A stretch of 51,990 nucleotides of DNA from Thermodesulfobacteriota bacterium (GTDB taxonomy: Bacteria; Desulfobacterota; SM23-61), in assembly GCA_035624375.1 (NCBI GenBank), contig DASPRR010000122.1:1-51990 (forward strand), read 5' to 3'. The notes under the pieces were generated by a model. The model was not told the DNA's origin and did not search any database. It was given only the letters and a program-made list of their open reading frames with translations. Positions within the stretch are counted from its first letter, which is position 1; each line of letters starts with the position of its first letter. Positions 24,926-34,567 of this stretch are shown piece by piece. Position numbers and translations under genes: made by a program.

Positions 24926-26578
24926 ATGGCCATCGGAGGATTAATTCGCGGCCTGCGCAAGAAAACTGCTTTCAAAGACTGGCGAAAGATTGAGCCTTAT
25001 TACCCCCCGACCCAAAATGTTCCCCTAGGGCTACCCAAGGAAGTGGAAAGCCTGTGCCCGGAATGCGGGAAAATCATTCGCGCCTCCATTCTGGAGCGGG
25101 GCGGGAAAGTCTTCATGGAGAAGACCTGTCCGGACCACGGTTTCCTCCGGGACCTGGTCTATTCGGATGCCGAGCTTTACAAGAAATGCGAGCGCTGGAC
25201 TTATGAAGACGCTGACGGAATTCTGAACCCCCAGGTCACCGGGGCCAAAGTCTGCCCCGATGACTGCGGCCTGTGTGATCTGCACATCAGCCCCCCGATT
25301 CTGGCGAACATAGACTTGACCAACCGCTGTAACCTTCGCTGTCCCATCTGCTTCGCCAACGCCAACGTGCAGGGGTACGTGTACGAGCCCTCCTACGAGC
25401 AGGTGGTGGAAATGCTCACCCTGATGCGTAACGTAAAGCCCTTTTTCCCGCCGGCCATCCAATTCTCCGGGGGAGAGCCGACCATTCACCCCCGCTTCCT
25501 GGATATCCTTAAGGCCGGTCGGTCCATGGGATTTAGCCACTTGCAGATCGCGACCAACGGGATTCGGATCGCCAAGGACCCGGAATTTGCCAAGAAGGCC
25601 AGAGAATCCGGACTCTATACCATGTACCTGCAGTTCGACGGCACATCGGACGATGTGTATAAGAAAACCCGCGGCCTCTCCGGTCTCTGGGAATTAAAGC
25701 AGAGGGCGGTGGAGAACGCGAGGGCCGCGGAGCTCCGCGTGGTCCTGGTGCCGACCATCATCAAGACCATCAACGACGACCAGGTGGGGAACATCCTTCA
25801 GTTCGCGGTGGACAACTCCGATGTGATCAGCGGCATCAGCTACCAGCCCGTGGCTTTCACCGGGCGAATTTCCACGGAGGAGAGGGAGCGGCAGCGCTAC
25901 ACCCTCTCGGACCTGGCCATAGACATCGAGGCCCAGACGGACCTTCTCCGAGCGCGGGAGGACTGGTATCCTTTGTCGGTGACTTCCCCATTCTCCAAGC
26001 TCCTGAGCTCCATCTGGAAGTACGATGTGGCCAAGATTACCTCCCACTCGGACTGCGGGATCGGCTCCTACATCTTCGTAAACCGGAAAACGAGGAGTGT
26101 GACCCCCATAACCCAGGCCATCGACATCGAGGGGTTCACTTCGGAACTGAACAAGCTGGTGAAACAGAAGATCTCCAACATCCGGGCCCTCACCGCCCTC
26201 AGCGCTCAGCACTTGCTGAGAAAGTTCTTCCGGGAAGACCGGGCCAAGGACGGTTTGACCGCGGAGATCTGCCTGGAGCTCTTTCAGGGGGTCGTAGACA
26301 AGGAAGCCCAGAGGAGAGTGGAGCTGATCTACAACTGGGACATGCTGCTCGTGGGCGGCATGCACTTCCAGGATTCCTACAATTACAACGTGGCCCGGGT
26401 GAAACGCTGCTGCATCCATTACGCCGCCCCTAACGGTCGGATTTATCCCTTTTGCACCTACAATTCCGGCCCAGTCTTCCGGGAAAAGATCGAACGCCAG
26501 TTCTCCGTTCCCCTGGAGGAGTGGCGCAAGCGGAACTGGGCCCAGGAAGATGCGGATTATTACCTCTGCCGGACATGA
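24926..26578 (+). CDS. Radical SAM enzyme with N-terminal zinc-ribbon and C-terminal Cys motif (Tes / HMPTM-like architecture)
   Basis: 550 aa with RBS GGGAGGA. CPECG...CPDHG zinc-ribbon pairs are followed by CPDDCGLCDLH. The radical SAM motif is NRCNLRCPICFA (CX3CX2C), then FSGGEPT. The C-terminus has CCIHY...PFCTYN. Confidence 0.8.
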   Translation: MAIGGLIRGLRKKTAFKDWRKIEPYYPPTQNVPLGLPKEVESLCPECGKIIRASILERGGKVFMEKTCPDHGFLRDLVYSDAELYKKCERWTYEDADGILNPQVTGAKVCPDDCGLCDLHISPPILANIDLTNRCNLRCPICFANANVQGYVYEPSYEQVVEMLTLMRNVKPFFPPAIQFSGGEPTIHPRFLDILKAGRSMGFSHLQIATNGIRIAKDPEFAKKARESGLYTMYLQFDGTSDDVYKKTRGLSGLWELKQRAVENARAAELRVVLVPTIIKTINDDQVGNILQFAVDNSDVISGISYQPVAFTGRISTEERERQRYTLSDLAIDIEAQTDLLRAREDWYPLSVTSPFSKLLSSIWKYDVAKITSHSDCGIGSYIFVNRKTRSVTPITQAIDIEGFTSELNKLVKQKISNIRALTALSAQHLLRKFFREDRAKDGLTAEICLELFQGVVDKEAQRRVELIYNWDMLLVGGMHFQDSYNYNVARVKRCCIHYAAPNGRIYPFCTYNSGPVFREKIERQFSVPLEEWRKRNWAQEDADYYLCRT

Positions 26579-26594
26579 AACCTGACTGGAGCGG

Positions 26595-26627
26595 AAAAAG
26601 GGAGGCTTAAAGCACCTCCCTTTTTTT
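26595..26627. terminator. Bidirectional Rho-independent terminator
   Basis: aaaaaGGGAGGcttaaagcaCCTCCCttttttt between convergent genes. Confidence 0.8.
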
Positions 26628-26718
26628 ATGCTCAGAACAGAATTGGAATTCAGCATGCAGGGGGCGGGGATTTGGTCAGAGAAAGAAACGAACAATGTTC
26701 CTTCTCCGCACCCAGCAC

Positions 26719-27126
26719 TCAGGACTCAGCCCTTTTGGGGGGTTCTTCCGGATTCGTCCCCTGTTCTTCCTGCTTGGATGGCGGAGGCTGTGCGGGGGGC
26801 TTGGGGGAAGGGGTTTGGTAGTAACGGTAGAGGAGAAGAACGCCGATAATCACCAGGATGGTAGGCCAGATCAGGTCGCTCCAGGCCTCCACTTCCGGGA
26901 AGAAGGCGATGACGAAGTTGACGATGAAGAGGATGACCCCGATTCCACCGACAATCCAGCTGGCAAGACTCTGGGGGTTGATGAGGAAAAGGGCGATCCC
27001 GACGGCCACCAGGATAATAGGCCAGCTGATGTAAATCTCCAGAATGATCAGCCGGTCAAGGATAAATAGAGCCCCCACCGTTAACAGAACCAGGCCGGCA
27101 ATGAGCTGTGCCTTCTTTCCCCGCAT
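26719..27126 (-). CDS. Small membrane protein (4 TM, LiaF/DUF5668-like N-terminal pattern) with Pro-rich tail
   Basis: 135 aa of hydrophobic repeats (LIAGLVLLTVGALFILDRL...) with a C-terminal PSPKPPAQPPPSKQEEQ. Confidence 0.6.
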   Translation of the reverse strand: MRGKKAQLIAGLVLLTVGALFILDRLIILEIYISWPIILVAVGIALFLINPQSLASWIVGGIGVILFIVNFVIAFFPEVEAWSDLIWPTILVIIGVLLLYRYYQTPSPKPPAQPPPSKQEEQGTNPEEPPKRAES

Positions 27127-27280
27127 GATCTCTTCTCTTTTTCGCTCCGGTATATTTGAAATTTAGTAACACGTCTGGTATGGTAAATCAAGAAGAAGCT
27201 TTCTGCGTTCGGCCTTCAGCAATCAGCCAATGATCTTTTTGTGGCTGAAGCTGCATGCTGACCGCTGATGGCTGAGTGCT

Positions 27281-30244
27281 ATGATTATGATTTCATTTAT
27301 TGAGAAAATAAAGCGCCATCGATTCTACGCCCCCCAGGTCGTCTACCACCAACCCTTTCCTTCTGAGAGAGCCAATTTTTCCCGCCCGGGAAAAGACTTT
27401 TCCCCGGGCCTGGCCCGGGCTCTGGAGAAAATGGGAATTGGCCGCCTTTATTCCCACCAGGTGGAAGCCATCGAGCAGGTTGGCCGGGGGAAGAACGTGG
27501 TCATCGCTACTCCCACGGCCAGCGGAAAGACTCTGATCTACAATCTCCCCGTTGTGGAACGACTGTTTCAGAATTCGGAAGACAAAGCTCTGTATCTCTT
27601 TCCTCTGAAGGCCCTGGAACAGGATCAGCTGAAGGCTTTTCAGGAATTTGTCCAACCTTTCCAGGCCCCTGTTCCGTTTAAGGCGGAGATTTATGACGGA
27701 GACACTTCCAGCTACCGCCGCAAGAAGATCCGGGAGTCCATTCCCCCAGTGCTCATTTCCAACCCGGACATGGTCCACCTCAGCCTGCTTCCGTTTCATG
27801 CCCAGTGGGAAACTTTCTTTCGCAACCTGCGCTTTGTGGTGATCGACGAGCTGCACACTTACAAGGGTATTTTCGGCTCCCATCTCACCCAGGTTCTCCG
27901 ACGGTTGGAAAGGGTCTGCGACTTCTACGGTTCCACCCCCCAGATCATCGCCTGCTCGGCGACGATTGCCAATCCCCAGGCCTTTGCCGAAAAGCTGACC
28001 GGCCTCCCTTTTGAAGCGGTGACCCAGAGCGGCGCTCCCCGGTCGGGGCGACACTTCCTCTTCCTGAATCCAAATACCAGCCCCTATACCCTGGCGGCCA
28101 AGCTCTTTCTGGACTGTGTCGACGGTGGTTTTCGGACTCTGGCGTTTACCCAGGCCCGAAAGATCACCGAACTGCTTCACACCTGGGTGCTGAAGGACCG
28201 GCCGGACCTGCGGGGAAAGGTCAGCTCTTACCGGGCGGGATTCCTCCCGGAAGAGAGAAGGGAGATCGAAACCAAGCTGGTCTCCGGGGAGCTTCACGGG
28301 GTGATCTCCACCAGCGCCCTGGAACTGGGGATCGATATCGGCGGGCTGGATGTGTGTATCCTGGTCGGCTACCCGGGAACGGTGGCCGCCACCTGGCAGA
28401 GGGGAGGACGGGTAGGGCGCGCCGACCGGGAATCCCTCATCGCCCTGATCGCCCAGCCCGATGCGCTGGACCAGTACTTCATGCACCACCCCCAGGATTT
28501 CTTCGGGAGAGGGTTCGAAAGCGCCGTGGTGGACCCGGACAATTCCGTGGTGGTCTCTAAACACCTAGTCTGCGCAAGCGCGGAGATCCCTCTGCGAACC
28601 GACGAATCGATCATCCCGGTCAAGAATTACGCCCCCCTTCTGGACCAGCTTGTCTCCGACGGAGAGCTTTTGAAGAGCGCGTCCGGCCGGGAATGGTTCT
28701 CCCATCGCCTGAATCCCCACCGCCTGGTGGACATCCGCAGCGCCGGAGAAGGGTTCACCATTTTCGAAGAAGAAAGTAAGCGTTTGATCGGCCAGATCAG
28801 CGTGCCCCGGGTTTACAGCGAGTGTCATCCGGGAGCGATCTACCTCCACCGGGCTGAACCCTACTTGGTTACCCATTTGGATCAGGGCAAACGGGAGGTA
28901 TGGGCCAAGCAGGTGGAAGTGGACTATTACACCCGGGCCCTCTCGGAGAAGGAGACGGAAATCCTTTCAACCGTCCGCACCCAGGCTTTTGCCCACTTCA
29001 CCGCCTGCTACGGAAGGCTGAAAGTGACGGAACGGGTCCGGGGGTTTGAAAAACGGCGCATTTTCGGCCAGGATTTGCTCAGCGTACACGAACTGGAGAT
29101 GCCTTCCCATATCTTCGAGACCATGGGGCTCTGGATCATCCTGCCCGGAGAGATGCCCCAGCGATTTAAGGACCAAGGGCTCCACTTCATGGGCGGGATT
29201 CACGCCGTCGAGCACGCCTCCATTGCTCTCTTCCCCCTTTTCGCCCTCTGCGATCGAAATGACGTGGGGGGAATCTGCTATCCCAATCATCCCCAGCTGG
29301 AGAAACCGGCCATCTTCATCTATGACGGATACCCAGGAGGAGTGGGACTGGCTGATTACGGATACGGGGTCATCGAAGAACTTTTGAGGAAAAGCCTGGG
29401 GATGATCCGGGATTGTCCCTGCGTGGATGGTTGTCCTTCCTGCGTCCATTCTCCCAAATGCGGTTCGGGGAACAAGCCCCTGGACAAAAGGGCGGCAGAG
29501 TTTGTCCTGGAATGGCTTCTGGGAGAATCGAAGATCGAAAAGAAGGGAAGGGGGAAGGGCAGGGTTGCGGTCAAGGATGAGGTCTTCCCCACGCCCTCGG
29601 ATATCTTTGCCGGAGATTCAGAATTAAGAGAACCGGAATCCGTGGCCTGCGCCCCTGCTCCTGCCTGGCTGAAAGAAGAACTGGCCCGACATCGGATTCT
29701 TTTCCTGGACATCGAGACCCAGCGGGGTGCGGAAGAAGTGGGGGGCTGGCACAACAAACACCTGATGAGAGTGGGGGCAGCGGTGGTCTATGATTCCCTG
29801 GAAGATGTTTTCCTGATATTCGAAGAGAACTGCGTTCACGAGCTGATCGAAAGGTTGAAGACCGCGGAGTTGATCGTCGGCTTCAACATCGTCGACTTCG
29901 ACTACCAGGTTTTAAAAGCCTATACCTCCTTGCGTTTCCAGCAGCTAAAGACCTTTGACATCCTGCAGGAGGTTTCCCGCCAGCTGGGGTACCGCCTTTC
30001 CCTTGGTCATCTGGCCCACAAGACGCTCAACACGGAGAAGTCCGCCGACGGCCTCCAGTCCCTCCAGTGGTTCAAAGAAGGCAGGATCGAAGAAGTCATC
30101 GCCTACTGCAAAAAAGACGTGGAGATCACCAAAGACCTGTTCCTTTTCGGCCTGGCCAATGGGTATCTCCTGTTCGAGACCCGGGCGGGGCAACGGGTAA
30201 GATTGCCGGTGGAGTGGAAGCTGGAGCGAATACTCAAGGAATAA
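27281..30244 (+). CDS. MrfA/YprA-like DEAD/DEAH helicase with DUF1998-type Cys4 domain, fused to a YprB/MrfB-like RNase H-fold 3'-5' exonuclease
   Basis: 987 aa. Walker A ATPTASGKT and DELH box (VIDELHTY). Helicase C-terminal motifs include GRVGRA. The Cys cluster CPCVDGCPSCVHSPKCGSGN lies near nt 29413-29470. After a linker, the exonuclease motifs are FLDIET, GFNIVDFDYQ and YCKKDV (nt ~29690-30241). Confidence 0.8.
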   Translation: MIMISFIEKIKRHRFYAPQVVYHQPFPSERANFSRPGKDFSPGLARALEKMGIGRLYSHQVEAIEQVGRGKNVVIATPTASGKTLIYNLPVVERLFQNSEDKALYLFPLKALEQDQLKAFQEFVQPFQAPVPFKAEIYDGDTSSYRRKKIRESIPPVLISNPDMVHLSLLPFHAQWETFFRNLRFVVIDELHTYKGIFGSHLTQVLRRLERVCDFYGSTPQIIACSATIANPQAFAEKLTGLPFEAVTQSGAPRSGRHFLFLNPNTSPYTLAAKLFLDCVDGGFRTLAFTQARKITELLHTWVLKDRPDLRGKVSSYRAGFLPEERREIETKLVSGELHGVISTSALELGIDIGGLDVCILVGYPGTVAATWQRGGRVGRADRESLIALIAQPDALDQYFMHHPQDFFGRGFESAVVDPDNSVVVSKHLVCASAEIPLRTDESIIPVKNYAPLLDQLVSDGELLKSASGREWFSHRLNPHRLVDIRSAGEGFTIFEEESKRLIGQISVPRVYSECHPGAIYLHRAEPYLVTHLDQGKREVWAKQVEVDYYTRALSEKETEILSTVRTQAFAHFTACYGRLKVTERVRGFEKRRIFGQDLLSVHELEMPSHIFETMGLWIILPGEMPQRFKDQGLHFMGGIHAVEHASIALFPLFALCDRNDVGGICYPNHPQLEKPAIFIYDGYPGGVGLADYGYGVIEELLRKSLGMIRDCPCVDGCPSCVHSPKCGSGNKPLDKRAAEFVLEWLLGESKIEKKGRGKGRVAVKDEVFPTPSDIFAGDSELREPESVACAPAPAWLKEELARHRILFLDIETQRGAEEVGGWHNKHLMRVGAAVVYDSLEDVFLIFEENCVHELIERLKTAELIVGFNIVDFDYQVLKAYTSLRFQQLKTFDILQEVSRQLGYRLSLGHLAHKTLNTEKSADGLQSLQWFKEGRIEEVIAYCKKDVEITKDLFLFGLANGYLLFETRAGQRVRLPVEWKLERILKE

Positions 30245-30256
30245 ATAGGGGGAAAA

Positions 30257-30335
30257 GGGGAAAGGGCGAAATGGCTAAAAAATCCTCAATCCCAGTCCTT
30301 TTCGCCTCTTCCCCGTTTCCCCTTTTCGCCCTTTC
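30257..30335. repeat. Purine/pyrimidine inverted repeat between convergent helicase and usp genes (likely bidirectional terminator)
   Basis: gaaagggcgaaa (30260-30271) pairs perfectly with tttcgccctttc (30324-30335). Further ggggaaaagggg / ccccgtttcccc complementarity is present. Confidence 0.6.
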
Positions 30336-30337
30336 TT

Positions 30338-30757
30338 TCAGCAGACCCGACACAGCAGAATAGGTACGGTCGCCGTGTGGATGATCTTGTTGGCCACACT
30401 TCCCAGGACGAACTGGCTGAGGCCGGTGCGGCCGTGGGTAGACATGGCGATGAGGTCAAAGTCACGGTCCCGGGCATGATCGACGATTTCCTGGGCATCA
30501 TTGCCGTACCGGACAACGGATTTCACTCTCACGCCTACGCTCCTCAGGTTGTTTTCCACTTTCGCCAGGTATTCCTCCGCTTCCCGAACCACATTCACCT
30601 GATGCTGGACCGGGTCCATTCCCGGAAAAGTGTGGGCGAGAGCCACGCGAATCAGGGTCACTTCACCGTCGTGGACCTTGGCCAACCATTCAACCCGGGG
30701 AACGATCCCCTCGGCCAATTTAGAACCATCCAGTGGAACCAGAATCTTTTTGAACAT
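30338..30757 (-). CDS. Universal stress protein (UspA family)
   Basis: 139 aa. MFKKILVPLDGS... and the C-terminal LIAMSTHGRTGLSQFVLGSVANKIIH are the classic USP motif. RBS AAGGAGG. Confidence 0.9.
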   Translation of the reverse strand: MFKKILVPLDGSKLAEGIVPRVEWLAKVHDGEVTLIRVALAHTFPGMDPVQHQVNVVREAEEYLAKVENNLRSVGVRVKSVVRYGNDAQEIVDHARDRDFDLIAMSTHGRTGLSQFVLGSVANKIIHTATVPILLCRVC

Positions 30758-30923
30758 GGAACTGGCCTCCTTTCTTAAATGCCGAATAAGAATTCAATGC
30801 TTTTCATTGGCATGGTACGCATTATATCCAAAGGGCACTCCAAAATCCACACTCCCCCACCGCAGACCGATTTTTTGGAAAGGCAAAGAACTTCAATTCC
30901 GCATTCCAAAATCCGCATTCAAA

Positions 30924-32879
30924 TCAGTCATTCTTTCGAAGGACTTTCTGGGAGAAGACGGCAAAACCCACCAGCGCCAGACCGATCACATCGTAAACCC
31001 AGGAGGGATAAACCAGGGCTAGACCGGCGATGATCAGAATGATCTTTTCATACCAGGTCGCCTTCTTGAACATCCAACCGTCCATTCCGGCCGCCAGCGC
31101 AAAGATCCCCACCAGGGCGGTTACGAAAGTCCAAATAATGCCGGCGGGGCTTCCCTTGAGCAGCAAGGCCACTCCGTCGGGATGGAGGGTGAAATTGAAG
31201 GGTACGAGAAAAGCGGGCAGGGTGTATTTCCAGGCTTGCATGGTAGTCTTATAGGGGTCACCGCCTGTCAGGGCAGCGGCGGCAAAAGGAGAGAGAGCCG
31301 TGGGGGGCGAAACCTCCGACAGGATGGAATAGTAGAAGATGAACATGTGGGCGGCAAAGTCGGGAACGCCCAGCTTGATCAGCGCCGGAGCAGCGATAAC
31401 TGCACAAATAATATAAGAGGCCGTCACCGGCACGGCAAGTCCAACGACCCATACGACAAAAGCCGTAAAAATGGCGGTCAAAAGGAGGTTTCCCCCCGCG
31501 TATTCGATCACGATAGAGCTGAATTTCAGTCCCAAGCCGGTGAGAGTCGTCACCCCAACGATAATGCCCGCAGAAGCGCAGGTAGTGGCGACGGAAAGCA
31601 CCCCAATAGACCCTCCTCGCAGAGCAGCGATCAATTTCCTGGGAACCAACGCCGTGTCCCGACGGATGAAGCTTACCGCGAAGGCGATGACCGTAGACCA
31701 AAAGACGGCCAGGATGGGAGTGAACCCCAGAACCATAATGACCACGATGGAGATCAGAGAGGTGAAATGAAACCCATAGAGTCGAGTGAGCTGCCCCAGA
31801 GAATAGGTGTGATCGAAGGCAACACTCTTGGCGCCAAACTTCTTGGCATCAAATTCCACCATGAGGAAGATGGCCCAATAATAAAGGATGGTGGGAATGC
31901 TGGCCATGACGATGACGTCTAAATAGGAGATCTTCAGGAATTCAGCGATCAAGAAAGCAGCGGCTCCAAGGACGGGAGGGGAGAGAATCGCGCCGATGCC
32001 CCCTGCGGAAAGGAGACCGCCGGCAGCTTCCTTGTTGTATCCGGCCTTGGCCAGCATGGGCCAAGCCACCGCACCCAGAGTCACCGTCGTAGCCACACCG
32101 CTCCCGGAGGGTCCCCCGAGAAGGAAGGAGGCCAGGGTCACGGTCCGCCCCGCGGTGGTGGGCTTTCCGCCCATGGCCGTGAGAGAAAAGTCGATAAAAA
32201 ACTTGCCGGCGCCGGAAAACTCCAAAAAGGCTCCGTAGATAGTGAAGAGAATGATGAAAGTCGAGGAGACGTCAATGGGCACGCCAAAGATCCCTTCCAG
32301 GGTCATGTACATGTGGCCCACGAGCCGGTCCAGCCCGTACCCCCGGTGGGTCCAGGGGGGCGGGAGCCAGGGTCCGACGTAGGCATAAATGAGGAAAGAA
32401 CCCGCGACCAGAGGCAAAATCCAGTTGGTCGTCCTCCGGTTGGCTTCTAGCACCAAGGCGATCAGCAAAGAGCCGAAAAACAGGTCCCCGTAAGTGGGAG
32501 TAACCGAGCGATAGATGAACTCCTCAAAATCCAGGAAGGTGTAAACTATGCAGGCGATCGCCAGGATGGAGAGAAGGTAATCATACCAGAAAATCTGGTT
32601 GCGATACCGTTTCAAGGAAGGAAAGACCAAGAAGGTGAGAAAGAGAACGAACATGACGTGGATCCCACGGAGGATTTGGGTCATGATGATTCCCACGGCA
32701 GCGTACAGATGGATGAGGGACATGATGACCGCCACCACAGTGATGAAAACGCCCATTTTCCCCACCAGTCGGCGAGACGGCCCCTCTTCCTCCTCGATGT
32801 AGGCTTCGGCTTTCTTCAAGCGCTCTTCGGTAATGAAATCTTCTTCCGCCACCGGGGCCGTTTTCTTTTCTTCGGCCAT
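30924..32879 (-). CDS. TRAP transporter fused permease (TAXI-type 4TM/12TM fusion)
   Basis: The track ORF starts at a TTG (32882). I start at the adjacent ATG 32879, which overlaps the upstream stop by 1 nt. The protein is ~651 aa and polytopic, in TAXI / DUF1850 context. Confidence 0.85.
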   Translation of the reverse strand: MAEEKKTAPVAEEDFITEERLKKAEAYIEEEEGPSRRLVGKMGVFITVVAVIMSLIHLYAAVGIIMTQILRGIHVMFVLFLTFLVFPSLKRYRNQIFWYDYLLSILAIACIVYTFLDFEEFIYRSVTPTYGDLFFGSLLIALVLEANRRTTNWILPLVAGSFLIYAYVGPWLPPPWTHRGYGLDRLVGHMYMTLEGIFGVPIDVSSTFIILFTIYGAFLEFSGAGKFFIDFSLTAMGGKPTTAGRTVTLASFLLGGPSGSGVATTVTLGAVAWPMLAKAGYNKEAAGGLLSAGGIGAILSPPVLGAAAFLIAEFLKISYLDVIVMASIPTILYYWAIFLMVEFDAKKFGAKSVAFDHTYSLGQLTRLYGFHFTSLISIVVIMVLGFTPILAVFWSTVIAFAVSFIRRDTALVPRKLIAALRGGSIGVLSVATTCASAGIIVGVTTLTGLGLKFSSIVIEYAGGNLLLTAIFTAFVVWVVGLAVPVTASYIICAVIAAPALIKLGVPDFAAHMFIFYYSILSEVSPPTALSPFAAAALTGGDPYKTTMQAWKYTLPAFLVPFNFTLHPDGVALLLKGSPAGIIWTFVTALVGIFALAAGMDGWMFKKATWYEKIILIIAGLALVYPSWVYDVIGLALVGFAVFSQKVLRKND

Positions 32880-33373
32880 CAACTTTTCTCCTTTACCACC
32901 CGGGACAGGAGATATTTCCCCCAGGTCATTCGCACCACCCGGACTTCCAGTCGGTCTCCTTTTTCCCCTAGGTCCCCCAAGGAAATCTTCTTCTCGCCGT
33001 GGGAGAGCGTCTGAGCCTGAGACATGCCCAGACGGAGAGCAAAGGATTTCATCTTGCGGTCCACCGGATAGTAATCCCGGTTGTCCTCCTCAAACCCGTA
33101 ATAATGGGCTACGGAGGGGCTTCGGGTCCTCACCCCCCGAAGGAGGATCACCTCCCCTTCTTCCACCTCGAACTCTTCGGCGGCCGCTTGAAGATAAATC
33201 GAGTGGATATAGGAGATGGAAAAACGGGTTGGTTCACCGAGCCGCAGGTTCAGTCTGGCCGGTCGTTCCGCATTCACCACTTGAAGAACCGGCACCTCGA
33301 AAATGAACAAGGCTCCCCCCGCAGCCGCGAGGGTCAGAAGAGCCAAGAGGGGGAGCCATCCTTTGATTTTCAA
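32879..33373 (-). CDS. DUF1850 domain protein (TAXI-TRAP associated)
   Basis: 164 aa with an N-terminal signal/anchor. Its position between the TAXI receptor and the fused permease is characteristic. The only start in frame is TTG at 33373, immediately after the upstream TAG. Confidence 0.65.
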   Translation of the reverse strand: MKIKGWLPLLALLTLAAAGGALFIFEVPVLQVVNAERPARLNLRLGEPTRFSISYIHSIYLQAAAEEFEVEEGEVILLRGVRTRSPSVAHYYGFEEDNRDYYPVDRKMKSFALRLGMSQAQTLSHGEKKISLGDLGEKGDRLEVRVVRMTWGKYLLSRVVKEKS

Positions 33374-34357
33374 CTAGGGAACCTTAATTCCTTTTTCTGC
33401 GTAGTACTTAAGCGCCCCCGGATGGAAGGGAATGGAGGAACCGGTTACCGCACCCTGGAGGGATAAATGTTCGGCAGTCTTATGAACCGCTACCAAATCC
33501 GATTTATGCTCCAGAATCGCCTTGACAATTGCGTAAGCCAGACCGGGATCGAAGGATTCCATGCAAACCAGCATGGTGGCCACTCCAATCACGGGGACGT
33601 CCATTTCCATTCCCGCGTAGGTTCCTTTGGGGATGACGGCGTTGTAATAAACCGGACCATATTTGCGGTTGAGCGTCGGGAGAGCCTTGTCTTGGGGAAG
33701 AATTCGGGCGGAAATTCCTGGAGTGGCCGCCAGGTCCATAACCGCCGCCGTGGGGAGACCTCCATCCCAGCAGAAAGCATCGATCTTGCGGTCCTTCAAG
33801 GCTCCGGCCGATTCGGCAACGCTGAGCCGTTCCCGGCGGATTTCTTTTGCCGGGTCGACTCCAAAGGCTTCCAGAATCCGGGAGGATTTGACTTCGGTGG
33901 CGCTTCCTGGAGCCCCCACGGAGACCTTCTTCCCCTTCAACTCCGGGACCGACTTGATGCCGCTGTCCTTGAGGACTACCATGTGGTTCAGGTTTCCATA
34001 CAGGACCGCCAGGGTGCGCAAGGGGATCTTGCCATCTTTTTCGAACCTTTCTTTTCCCAGGATGGCATCGTTGGCCACATCGGCAATCACCAGGGCCAAC
34101 TCCCCCTTGCCGGCCTTGAGAAGTTTGATATTGTCCACGGCTGCCGCAGTGACTTCCGCGGTGGAGGAAGTGTTGGGGACATACTTGGATATAACTTGAG
34201 CCAGCGCGCCACCCAACGGGTAGTAGACCCCTCCGGTCCCACCGGTTAGGAGGGAGAGCCGGTTCATCTCCTTGGATTGCGCCCAACCGTTTTCGGAGGA
34301 AAAAAGGAAAACGAAGAGAATAAGGAAAGCAAGCCCATATTTACCCTTACCCATCAT
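33374..34357 (-). CDS. TRAP transporter solute receptor, TAXI family (copy 1)
   Basis: 327 aa with a signal peptide. LLTGGTGGVYYPLGGALA is the TAXI hallmark. C-terminal FHPGALKYYAEKG. Confidence 0.9.
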   Translation of the reverse strand: MMGKGKYGLAFLILFVFLFSSENGWAQSKEMNRLSLLTGGTGGVYYPLGGALAQVISKYVPNTSSTAEVTAAAVDNIKLLKAGKGELALVIADVANDAILGKERFEKDGKIPLRTLAVLYGNLNHMVVLKDSGIKSVPELKGKKVSVGAPGSATEVKSSRILEAFGVDPAKEIRRERLSVAESAGALKDRKIDAFCWDGGLPTAAVMDLAATPGISARILPQDKALPTLNRKYGPVYYNAVIPKGTYAGMEMDVPVIGVATMLVCMESFDPGLAYAIVKAILEHKSDLVAVHKTAEHLSLQGAVTGSSIPFHPGALKYYAEKGIKVP

Positions 34358-34567
34358 CTCTGTCCCCTCCTATATTGGTTAGATGAAAAATGAGACGGCT
34401 TTTTTTCTAAGAGATGGTTGAATCAGACACGGCCTGCCGCTAAAGGTGAACCCCCCCAAACCATTGAATCCCCTTCCCTGGATTTCAACTCGCCCCTCCC
34501 CCTGAAAAATCTTTCAGAGGAAGGTGCGGGAGCCAGACCGGGGGCTTGCAATTCCTTTATCCAGGAC

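Noticed and set aside
25694-26695. 333-aa minus-strand ORF
   Set aside because: It is antisense shadow of the zinc-ribbon radical SAM gene, which has clear motifs and a strong RBS.
27212-27276. Possible periodic-arm hairpin (cttcagc ... gctgaag, cagcaatcagcc / gctgatggctga) upstream of the helicase gene
   Set aside because: Only a 7-bp stem pairs cleanly, so it is too weak to list as a member of the hairpin family.
27293-28564. 423-aa minus-strand ORF
   Set aside because: It is antisense shadow of the helicase gene.
34547-34564. Minus-strand TGGATA-N-TTGCA between the two TAXI genes
   Set aside because: The GG to GC offset is 13 rather than 12, and sigma-54 promoters are strict about this spacing.
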